Under the pieces are notes generated by a model. That model saw only the letters and a program-made list of their open reading frames with translations. It ran no database searches and had not been told where the DNA came from. Made by a program: the position numbers and the translations under genes. This document shows, piece by piece, positions 41,236-49,652 of a stretch of DNA of 64,000 nucleotides (positions are counted from its first letter, which is position 1; each line of letters starts with the position of its first letter). The stretch is from positions 4,442,188-4,506,187 of the forward strand of contig OZ242974.1 in assembly GCA_965211775.1 (NCBI GenBank), given 5' to 3'. Source of the DNA: Candidatus Thiodiazotropha sp. (GTDB lineage: Bacteria; Pseudomonadota; Gammaproteobacteria; Chromatiales; Chromatiaceae).

Positions 41236-41862
41236 CTAGAAACGCTGTAACCACTGCTGGTTCGCCTGGTTGATAATCCGCACCACCGCCTTGGAGGAGA
41301 TAGTCGCCCCGGTGATGGCGTCAACCTCGTTCGGCGCGGCTTTGGCGCCTCGCTTCACGGTCACGATTTCCGGTTCGACGGATAAGGCATCGAAATTCGA
41401 AACGAACTCGGCATCCTTGTAGATCTTGTCCCCCAGACCCGGCGTTTCCCGGCTCTCGAGTATCTCCATGCCGACCACTTTGCGCTGCTTAGGCTGATAG
41501 CCATAGAGCAATCGAATGGTGTCCTGGAAACCGGGACCTGATCCGGGAATGGCATACCCCACCAAAACACCTTGCGCATCTTGGCCGCCGAAGACGAATT
41601 CCTCACCCTTCCCGACCTCTTCCACCGGCGTCAATCGACCATCCCGGTAGACCAATCGCTGCAGTTGCGTGGAGCCGGGTAACACTTTGAATACCGCCTC
41701 CTGCAAAACCTTCGCCTTATAGGCGGTAATAGTGGGCAGGGTGGCTTCAAATACGGAAACGATGATCAGGCCGGATAGCAGTCCTGCAAAGCCAAGGGTC
41801 GCCACCAAACGGGTGGATCCGGGTTCACTGACCTTTATCTGTTGTCGGCTCTGCTGATTCAA
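41236..41862 (-). CDS. rnfG: Rnf electron transport complex subunit G (FMN-binding)
   Basis: It has an N-terminal TM segment, a C-terminal DAITGATISSKAV flavinylation-type motif, and lies between rnfD and rnfE. Confidence 0.88.
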   Translation of the reverse strand: MNQQSRQQIKVSEPGSTRLVATLGFAGLLSGLIIVSVFEATLPTITAYKAKVLQEAVFKVLPGSTQLQRLVYRDGRLTPVEEVGKGEEFVFGGQDAQGVLVGYAIPGSGPGFQDTIRLLYGYQPKQRKVVGMEILESRETPGLGDKIYKDAEFVSNFDALSVEPEIVTVKRGAKAAPNEVDAITGATISSKAVVRIINQANQQWLQRF

Positions 41863-41869
41863 CTGAATG

Positions 41870-42877
41870 TCACTCCTTGCCGAACACGCGGGGCTGAGTG
41901 TAGCGGTCGATCAGTGGCGTGGCCGCATTCATCAACAAGATGGCGTACATCACCCCCTCGGGAAAACCGCCGAAAAGCCTGATCAGTACAACCAGCAGTC
42001 CGATACCTATGGCGAAGATCCAGGCGCCGCGCGGGGTCAGGGGGGATGTAACCGGATCCGTCGCCATATAGAAAGCCGCCAGCAACAATCCCCCGGATAA
42101 CAGGGTGAATAAAGGATCCGGATACCGCGCTGTATCGATGGCGTAAAGCACACCCGAAAAGAGTGCTGCTGATAGCATGATGCCCACCGGGATACGCCAG
42201 TCGATATCGCGACGCAACAGCAGATAGATCCCTCCCGCCAGCAACAACACCCCACTGGTCTCGCCGATACAGCCCGCGCTATTACCCAACGCCAAATCGA
42301 CCAGCGGGGTCGGCTGCTGCTCGAATTTCATCAATCCCAGGGGGGTGGCTGCGGATACCGCATCGTAGTGGGGTTGCATGAATGGCAGTGCGAAGTTGGA
42401 GGGATACCACAACAGAAAGCCTTCACCGCTTGCCTGGACACTCCAGGTCGTCATGGCATTCGGGAAGGTCGCGAGCAGGAAGGCCCGCCCGACCAGAGCC
42501 GGATTGAACAGGTTGTGTCCCAGCCCGCCCCAGATCACCTTGCCTATACCAATGGAGACTACCCCACCGAGAAAAGCCATCCACAGCGGTAGCGCGGGAG
42601 GCAGGGTCAGGCCCAGCAACAGCCCCGTCAGCACGCCGCTGCCATCCAGCAGCCGCTGCCATCGCTGGTCTCCCGGGGAGAAGAGCCATTCTGCAAGCAC
42701 CGCCCCCAAGACACTCGCCACAACAACCAGAAGCGCTCCCAGACCGAACAGCCAAATTCCAGCCAGAGTGGCTGGCAACAACGCATACAGCAGATCCTTC
42801 ATGGTCTGAGCGGTTGTCATCTCCTGTTTCAGCAGGGGGGATGGCTGCACCAGTAATCTCGGATCCTTGTCGTTCAT
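41870..42877 (-). CDS. rnfD: Rnf electron transport complex subunit D
   Basis: The 335-aa polytopic protein of the NqrB/RnfD type has YMATDPVTSP. Its start overlaps the rnfC stop (TGATG). Confidence 0.92.
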   Translation of the reverse strand: MNDKDPRLLVQPSPLLKQEMTTAQTMKDLLYALLPATLAGIWLFGLGALLVVVASVLGAVLAEWLFSPGDQRWQRLLDGSGVLTGLLLGLTLPPALPLWMAFLGGVVSIGIGKVIWGGLGHNLFNPALVGRAFLLATFPNAMTTWSVQASGEGFLLWYPSNFALPFMQPHYDAVSAATPLGLMKFEQQPTPLVDLALGNSAGCIGETSGVLLLAGGIYLLLRRDIDWRIPVGIMLSAALFSGVLYAIDTARYPDPLFTLLSGGLLLAAFYMATDPVTSPLTPRGAWIFAIGIGLLVVLIRLFGGFPEGVMYAILLMNAATPLIDRYTQPRVFGKE

Positions 42878-44217
42878 CAGTGCCTGCCCCGTTTACCGCG
42901 CAGCTCACTTTTAGCGCTGCGTATCAGTTGCACGATGGGAATACCCGAGGGACAGGAGTAGGTGCACGAGCCACACTCCACACACTCCGTGACATTGGCC
43001 TGTTTGATCTGATCGAACTGACGCGCTCTGGCCAGACGGGCCAGTTTGGACGGATTGAGAAAATAGGGGCATGCCTCCACACACCGACCACAGCGTATGC
43101 AGGGGTACTCCTTAGGACGAGCTGTCTGTTCCGCGGTAAAGGCCAGTATTCCGGAGCTGGACTTGATGATCGGCGCATCCAGGCTGGCAATGGGAGTACC
43201 CATCATGGGACCCCCCATGAGTACCTCTTTGGTATCCTGCTTGAGCCCGCCGCAGAATCGAAGCACCTCCCGGACGGGGGTACCCAGTGGGACGATCAGG
43301 TTGGCGGGATATTCAATACCGGGCCCTGATACCGTCACCATGCGGTCGATATAGGGCATGCCGGACTCGAAATAGTCAGCGATAGCGACAAGGGTGCTGA
43401 CATTGTTCATGATGATTCCCATGTCCGCCGCATGCAGTCCCTTGGGTATCTCTACATTCAGCAGGGATTTGATCATCATTTTGGAGTCCCCCTGTGGGTA
43501 TTTGACCCTCAGGGGAGCCACACGGAACGGCTTGCCGGAGGGGATACGCCTATCCAGGGCCTCGATGGCGTCCGGCTTGTTGAGTTCGATACCGAGAATG
43601 GACTCCTCGGCCCCCAACAGGGTGTGCAGAATCTCGACCCCCCGCAGTAACGCCTCAGGACGCTCCACCATGATTCGATGGTCGTTGGTCAGATAAGGTT
43701 CGCACTCGGCGCCGTTGGCAATCAGGTGTTTGATCTTCACACCTTCACGCAAAGAGTATTTGACATGCGCGGGAAGCGAAGCCCCTCCCAGCCCCACGAT
43801 GCCCGTCTGTTGAATAACGGAAACCAAATCCTCCAGTGAAAGTCCCCGCCAGTCGGGCGGCTGCTCAACATTGAGACGCTGGGTGGCATACAGATCGGCT
43901 TCGATCTCGATGGCCTGTTCATATCGTCCACCGGGAAAACGCCGTCTACCGATGGCCTTGACCCAGCCGGTGACCGGGCTATGCAGACTGGCGGATACGA
44001 ATGCCCCGGGCTCGGCAATCAGCTGACCCCGCCCTACCTGTTGCCCTGCCTCCACCACCGCCTTCGCGGGTGCTCCCAAGTGCTGATGCAACGGCAGTAT
44101 GTAGCGCTCAACAAAGGGCATTCTCTGGGTATGCAGGGCGGCGGTCCGGTGCTTGTATTCCTGCGGGTGAATACCGTGTGAGAAGCTGCGTTTGAACAGT
44201 GTGGAGAGCGTTGGCAT
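42877..44217 (-). CDS. rnfC: Rnf electron transport complex subunit C
   Basis: It has two 4Fe-4S motifs (CIRCGRCVEACP, CVECGSCTYSCP) and a GGIHP-type N-terminus. The start is chosen at 44217 (MPTLSTLFKRSFSHGIHPQ), with an alternative ATG at 44253. Confidence 0.92.
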   Translation of the reverse strand: MPTLSTLFKRSFSHGIHPQEYKHRTAALHTQRMPFVERYILPLHQHLGAPAKAVVEAGQQVGRGQLIAEPGAFVSASLHSPVTGWVKAIGRRRFPGGRYEQAIEIEADLYATQRLNVEQPPDWRGLSLEDLVSVIQQTGIVGLGGASLPAHVKYSLREGVKIKHLIANGAECEPYLTNDHRIMVERPEALLRGVEILHTLLGAEESILGIELNKPDAIEALDRRIPSGKPFRVAPLRVKYPQGDSKMMIKSLLNVEIPKGLHAADMGIIMNNVSTLVAIADYFESGMPYIDRMVTVSGPGIEYPANLIVPLGTPVREVLRFCGGLKQDTKEVLMGGPMMGTPIASLDAPIIKSSSGILAFTAEQTARPKEYPCIRCGRCVEACPYFLNPSKLARLARARQFDQIKQANVTECVECGSCTYSCPSGIPIVQLIRSAKSELRGKRGRH

Positions 44218-44224
44218 ATTGTGT

Positions 44225-47200
44225 TTACTGCGCCGGTTCCCTATACCCGGCAAGCTTCAACAGACGCTCATGCACCGCTTTGCGGGTCTCCTGTTGGAGT
44301 TGATCGGTTAGGTCACTGATGCGTTGTTCATACTTGTCCGCCTGCATCTGCAGCGCCTCTTCATGCTCTGCAGCCACGGCTGCTTGCGCCTCCTCGCGCA
44401 CCCGTGCGGTAAACGGCGTCACCAGTCCCGCCAGCTCCTGCAGCATGCGCCATGTCCGTTGCCGCTTCTCGGTGATCTCCAGCAAATGCCTGTCTATACT
44501 GAAACGCCGGACCTCATCCCCCTGCCGGTTCAGTTCAACGTAAACCGACTCCTCTACTCTCTCCCCGGCTGACAGACCGAGATACTCAGCAAGCCTTACA
44601 GCTTCCTCGTCACGATTGAGCGGTGAAAAATAGCCACGGAAGCGTGTCTCGCCGAGTGCCCAATCGACAGGTGTATACACCCCCACCCCGGCATCTCTTA
44701 CCCACGGCTCCGTAAGCGCCGGATTGCCCTGCAGACTGATCCGGGAGCCGAACACGCCTTCCGCTTGCGGATCGTATCGGAACAGGGGGAAGAGTCGGCT
44801 CATCACTGCCGTCCGGGCACGATGCAGTGTCTGATCGGGTGCGAAACCGTGTCGCGAGGGGCTCGGGGCATGCAAGTGCACCAGCGCCGGACCCTTGTGG
44901 GCCAGGGCAGACTGGATGCATGCTGCAAAATGCTCCCTATCACTGATTGAGGTCTGGGCAATAAATGACTCCCGCTGAACGAGCGACAGCAGCGCCAGAT
45001 CGATAGCCACGTCATCCACAGAGGTCAGCGGCGACTCCAGACCCGTCCGTTCTGCAAGCCCCAGATCCAGGTCGGCGAGCAATACTGTTTTTATCGGCAG
45101 CTCACTACCCAAAACCCGGATCAGCTGGCCTAATCCGTGACCTGCCAGCTGACCGCTGTCGCCCACCAGCAGCAGGGTTGGACACAATGCTCTCTCTTCA
45201 TCATCGAGATCGCGCCAGGTCATTGTCTCGAGATCGGACCAGAGGCGCGCCGCATCCGCGGACTGTTCCAATTCCGCACGCGCCTTGCGCATCAGCACGA
45301 AACCTTCCGTCGCCTGCCGCAGTTGGCCCTCCAGCAGACCGGCGGCCAACTGTGCACCGTCACCTGTGGCATCGAGTGTGACGGGTGTTGAGAAAGGGTT
45401 GTGAGGAAAACTACCGGCCCAGCCAACCACTGCACCTGGTGAAAGCACAAGGCTTACCCTGGCGCGCCCCATGTCCTGACGTCCACTGCTGAGTCGCCAG
45501 GCGAGATCGATCAGGTCACGGGCCAGATCCACCAGGCGGCGTAATCGGGCTGCATCCACCTGATTGCTGATGGCATCCTCCGCTTCACCGATCAGGCTGC
45601 TCATGTCAGCCTGCCTCGCGTCGCTCTTTTCCAGGCCGCGTGAGAGTGCATCCAGGTCATCGGCAGGAAGGGCATCCGCCAATAGAGCGCAGATCGATCC
45701 GGTGATTTTTTCCCGGGTTGTCTCGACCTGTTGCAGAAACGACTCAAACCGCGGTGTCTGTTGAGCCTCGACAATGGCAAGTGCCAGGCGCAGCGCCAAT
45801 TTCGCCCCGCTTCCGGGTTCGACGCCATCGCCACCGGCCATCGCCAACCCTGCGCTGTGCGCCAGATGGGCGGCGGCCGCCACACCGACATGCGGATCCT
45901 CTGCCAGCCTGCGAATCGTATTCAGCTCACTGTCGGGCAACCCATGCCACGCCTTCTGAATCCGGCGCGCTCGGGATAGAGATTGGGTACTTTGCGGCAT
46001 GAGCTGCAACGCTTGCTCTCCACAGGCCTGAATACAGATTCCGCAACCCTTGCAACCATCCGGCTCCACGGCGAGCGCCAATAATTCACCACTCCCCCTG
46101 TTTTCTGTGTCAGGTTCAATGAACATGGGATTGGTGACGGCAACCTGCAGACTGCCCATGTCGCTTCGCAACTGCTCTATACCCTGCGCAATCGCTTGTT
46201 TGCGGTCTTGAGGAAAGGGCAGTTTCTCTTTGATCCCGTCATAACTGATGACAAGCATCTCTTCCAGTGTGGAATAGCCCGTCTCCTGCTGTCGACAGAG
46301 TGAAATAATAGCGGCGGCGAGTTTCGAGGCCACCGGTCTGAGCGCCTCGGCGCCACTGCACCGGATTGCGGCATCCATCAGGCGCGTGGGGGAAATCGAG
46401 ACGGCCTTGATGGCAGAATCGGGACAGGCGCACCAGCAGTCGCCGCATCCGGTGCATAACAGCGGATTGAATTGCGGCAGTTGCTTGCGAAACCTGCTCA
46501 GATCACGAAATCCCGCTGACAAGGGTGGTACGGCCCCAACCGCGAGATAGGGATCAGGCGCCAGTTCACCGCTCTTGCCCTGTTTATACAATACCCCGAC
46601 CTGATCCCAGAACCTGGGCAGGCTGTCATAGGCGTCATCCAGGCTTCCCAATCGGCGAACCAGGGCCGGGACTTCATCGCCGACATCCGAAATCGAGCGC
46701 GCCGGAACCAGAGGAAGACGTTTCAGGCTGATCTCCCTGACCTGATCCATGCCCCCTTCGAAATGCTGCAAACAGGCATCGACATCGGCCACTGACTCTC
46801 CCAGCAGCTCTTCACGCAGACTCAGCAGTCTACGCGGTGTCGTCGTCAACCGCTCAGTCTTGATCAATACGGCGGAAACAGCGCCTAACAGATATTCATT
46901 CGGCAGGGATCTGGATTCCTCTGTCGGGGCCACTCTAAACAGGCGTATCCCGCTTTCCCTGATGTGGGCGCGTGCCTCCCTGGGCAGCTGCGTCCAAACC
47001 GATTCATCGGGAAGCGCGCTCTGCACAAGCAGCGTTCCGCCCTTCGCGAGGCCATGGTGCGGCATCAACCGCTGCATGCCGGTGGTCGTCACCAGTATCG
47101 ACAGATCCACTGGGGCGTCGTCACCGGGATCTCTAAGTTCATCGCTGCAGAAGCTGATCCGATCGCTGCAGACACCGCTCCAGGATTTGCTGAACAACGC

Positions 47201-48805
47201 CGGTCGGCTACGCACGCCACCACCGAAGATTCGATGCAGGAAGGCGGCCGTTTCCACCAACAAGCCCTCTCCGGCCGCCCCCGACAATCTGTGCAGCGCC
47301 AGCGTCAGGGCGCCATCAGGCCGCAGGTCGGGTGAGACGGCTTCATCGTAGAGCCCCATCGACTCGAGCCCCGGATAGCTGCGGCGCAAACGGTCCAACA
47401 AGACCTGTCGTTTCGGATAGTCGCTGGATGTTTGAGAAAAGTTGATGCCCAGATAGACCTGCTGCTGTTTGATCCTATCCAGATTTCTGCACAGTGAAGC
47501 CAGATCCGAACCGCGCAGGGGAAGCCCGCCCAACCCATAGATGGCCGAGAGAAACCTGGGGCGCTGTTTATCGCTTATCGATGGATAGCCCGGATGCGCT
47601 TCGAGCCCGAACCGATGGTTTTCCGCGGCATGATCAAACGCACCACGCACCTCCCTCATCAATGGCGGGTCCGTTGCCAGCGGGACATCCATGCGCTCCA
47701 GTACGCAAACGCTGGCGCCGCCTGCGAGACAGCGTGCTATCTCTTTTGCGGGGAAGGGACGCAGACAGCGCACACCCAACACGCCAACCTTCAAACGGTC
47801 GCTGGCACGCAGATAGTCCGCCACTGCCTCGAGGACCTCTATTGCCGCACCCTGCGCCACCAGAATCAGTTTGGCGTCATCAACCCGGTAAGCTGAAAGT
47901 GATCGATATCGCCGACCCGTCTGTTCGGAAAAAAGATCAAAGGCATCATCAAGGCAATCCGACAGCGCATCGTCAAAGAAGACACGCCCCGACGCTTTGG
48001 CCTGCCCCCACACATCCGGGGCCTGAAGCCCACCCAGCATGACAGGCCGGTCAGGGTTATGCCAACGGGTTACCCGTCGGCGCGACTCACCCAGCAACAA
48101 CTGCTGCGCCGCGGTCGGGGATGCAATCAGATCATCCGGCCGCCCCAGGTAGCGCTCCACCAAGCCCGGAGGCGGCAGGCTGACCTCCTGCAGTGCCAGC
48201 GCTGTCTGTTCACCATCCATACCGACCAGGCCAGGCATCAGTGACTGCTCTGCTGCGCGTCGCACGATCAGGGAGAAATCCACCGCCTCCTGGACATTCG
48301 CTGCAATCAACTGGAAACAGCCGGAATCAGCTGCCAGATGAAAGGCTTCATGGCCACTGCCCAGCGCCGGTGCATGACCGGCAAGACTGCGTGCAGTGAG
48401 GTGTATGACCAACGGCAGCCTGAGACCGGCGGCGATGGTCAACAGGTCACTGCTGCGGGCCAGATCGGGCCCGGATAAAAAGCCGGTTGCCCGTACGCCG
48501 CTCATCGACATACCGATGCCGGCAGCCAGCACCCCACGCGCCCCTTCCGTTGACTGCATGCTGACAGGTGAACCGAGGAAATTCAGCCGTTGCTGCTGCA
48601 GTTCACTGCGCCAGGCCAGGTCAGCTGTCAGTGCCGGGTAGGATGCCCCCAGACCGGCCCCTTCACTGATTCCCGCTTCCACTACAGACACGGCCGTATT
48701 ACCGTCCAACAGTGTGCTGTTGCCCGCATAAGGACCCTGCGTGCGCGGGGGTGTCCCAAGCAGGCGTTTCAATAACCGTAAAGCCGAATTAACCAGTTCG
48801 GGCAT
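44225..48805 (-). CDS. very large pyruvate:ferredoxin-oxidoreductase (PFOR/NifJ)-like protein with degenerate TPP-binding motif, encoded inside the rnf operon
   Basis: It has a PFOR domain-I-like N-terminus (GNTAVSVVEAG...STEGARGVLAAGIGMSMSG...LPLVIHLTARSL), two Cys clusters (CTGCGDCWCACP, CKGCGICIQAC), and a domain-VI-like region LLLVGDSGQLAGHGLGQLIRVLGSELPIKTVLLADLD. It also carries the PFOR hallmark SRLFPLFRYDPQAEG and a coiled-coil C-terminus. The start is taken at 48805 (MPELVNS); the ORF is open to 48934. Confidence 0.75.
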   Translation of the reverse strand: MPELVNSALRLLKRLLGTPPRTQGPYAGNSTLLDGNTAVSVVEAGISEGAGLGASYPALTADLAWRSELQQQRLNFLGSPVSMQSTEGARGVLAAGIGMSMSGVRATGFLSGPDLARSSDLLTIAAGLRLPLVIHLTARSLAGHAPALGSGHEAFHLAADSGCFQLIAANVQEAVDFSLIVRRAAEQSLMPGLVGMDGEQTALALQEVSLPPPGLVERYLGRPDDLIASPTAAQQLLLGESRRRVTRWHNPDRPVMLGGLQAPDVWGQAKASGRVFFDDALSDCLDDAFDLFSEQTGRRYRSLSAYRVDDAKLILVAQGAAIEVLEAVADYLRASDRLKVGVLGVRCLRPFPAKEIARCLAGGASVCVLERMDVPLATDPPLMREVRGAFDHAAENHRFGLEAHPGYPSISDKQRPRFLSAIYGLGGLPLRGSDLASLCRNLDRIKQQQVYLGINFSQTSSDYPKRQVLLDRLRRSYPGLESMGLYDEAVSPDLRPDGALTLALHRLSGAAGEGLLVETAAFLHRIFGGGVRSRPALFSKSWSGVCSDRISFCSDELRDPGDDAPVDLSILVTTTGMQRLMPHHGLAKGGTLLVQSALPDESVWTQLPREARAHIRESGIRLFRVAPTEESRSLPNEYLLGAVSAVLIKTERLTTTPRRLLSLREELLGESVADVDACLQHFEGGMDQVREISLKRLPLVPARSISDVGDEVPALVRRLGSLDDAYDSLPRFWDQVGVLYKQGKSGELAPDPYLAVGAVPPLSAGFRDLSRFRKQLPQFNPLLCTGCGDCWCACPDSAIKAVSISPTRLMDAAIRCSGAEALRPVASKLAAAIISLCRQQETGYSTLEEMLVISYDGIKEKLPFPQDRKQAIAQGIEQLRSDMGSLQVAVTNPMFIEPDTENRGSGELLALAVEPDGCKGCGICIQACGEQALQLMPQSTQSLSRARRIQKAWHGLPDSELNTIRRLAEDPHVGVAAAAHLAHSAGLAMAGGDGVEPGSGAKLALRLALAIVEAQQTPRFESFLQQVETTREKITGSICALLADALPADDLDALSRGLEKSDARQADMSSLIGEAEDAISNQVDAARLRRLVDLARDLIDLAWRLSSGRQDMGRARVSLVLSPGAVVGWAGSFPHNPFSTPVTLDATGDGAQLAAGLLEGQLRQATEGFVLMRKARAELEQSADAARLWSDLETMTWRDLDDEERALCPTLLLVGDSGQLAGHGLGQLIRVLGSELPIKTVLLADLDLGLAERTGLESPLTSVDDVAIDLALLSLVQRESFIAQTSISDREHFAACIQSALAHKGPALVHLHAPSPSRHGFAPDQTLHRARTAVMSRLFPLFRYDPQAEGVFGSRISLQGNPALTEPWVRDAGVGVYTPVDWALGETRFRGYFSPLNRDEEAVRLAEYLGLSAGERVEESVYVELNRQGDEVRRFSIDRHLLEITEKRQRTWRMLQELAGLVTPFTARVREEAQAAVAAEHEEALQMQADKYEQRISDLTDQLQQETRKAVHERLLKLAGYREPAQ

Positions 48806-49652
48806 AACGGCTCTCACTCTGAATCCGTGAACGGGCCCGGTTTGCGAACTGGCCCCCTTCCAACCATTGAATGGCGCCGGTAGGACAGCGGTAGGTCGCC
48901 GCAGGTCGGGCCGGTCCACCCCCTGAGTAGTCAACGACCGGCAGGTTATCCTTCATGTGGATCAGACCGGGCGCCGCATCCGCCACGCAGCGCCCACAGG
49001 CATCGCACGCCGTGGTGCAGAGCGCCACCGCCATATCACCGGCAAGGGGCGCCATGCATTGTACGAAGAGATGCTGGCTCAACGGCACCAGTTCGAACAG
49101 ATCCCTTGGACAGACATCCACACAATCACCACAGGCGGTACACTGCTCGATATCGACCACAGGCAACCCGTTTGAATTGGTAGTGATCGCATTGAAGCTG
49201 CAGGCTCGCTGACAGTCACCGAGGCCGAAACACCCCCAGGAGCAACCTTTGCCGCCGCCGGAAACCACGGATGCCGCAAGACAGCTTTCGAATCCCCTGT
49301 ATTCGGCAATCTGGTATGCCTGGCCTTTCCCCCCGGCACAATGCAGTCGCGCCACCCGCTTCTCTTGCTGCCCCGGATCCACATCCAGCAGTTCAGCCAC
49401 GGCATCGATCGTCTCCTGGCTTGCTACAGTGCACTTGCTCGGTGATGTCGTGAGTTGCACCAGCTGCTCGGCAAATGCATGGCACCCCGGTTGCCCACAG
49501 GCGCCGCAATTTGAACCGGGCAGCAGATCCTCGGTCTCTTCGATCCGGGGATCCTCCTGCACTTTCAGAAATCTGTAGGCCACCGCCAGGATAACCGCAA
49601 AAACCAGACCGATGCCGGTCATGATGGCGGGTGCGATAACAAAGCTGTTCAT
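48789..49652 (-). CDS. rnfB: Rnf electron transport complex subunit B (polyferredoxin type)
   Basis: It has an N-terminal TM segment, a CGACGQPGC cluster, and several additional Cys clusters (CTACGDCVDVCP and others). Confidence 0.88.
   Translation of the reverse strand: MNSFVIAPAIMTGIGLVFAVILAVAYRFLKVQEDPRIEETEDLLPGSNCGACGQPGCHAFAEQLVQLTTSPSKCTVASQETIDAVAELLDVDPGQQEKRVARLHCAGGKGQAYQIAEYRGFESCLAASVVSGGGKGCSWGCFGLGDCQRACSFNAITTNSNGLPVVDIEQCTACGDCVDVCPRDLFELVPLSQHLFVQCMAPLAGDMAVALCTTACDACGRCVADAAPGLIHMKDNLPVVDYSGGGPARPAATYRCPTGAIQWLEGGQFANRARSRIQSESRYARTG

Noticed and set aside
44225-48934. Calling the 1569-aa ORF a standard nifJ/pyruvate:ferredoxin oxidoreductase.
   Set aside because: Its length, the degenerate GDG...N TPP motif, the widely separated Cys clusters and the coiled-coil tail differ from canonical PFOR. 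I called it PFOR-like only.
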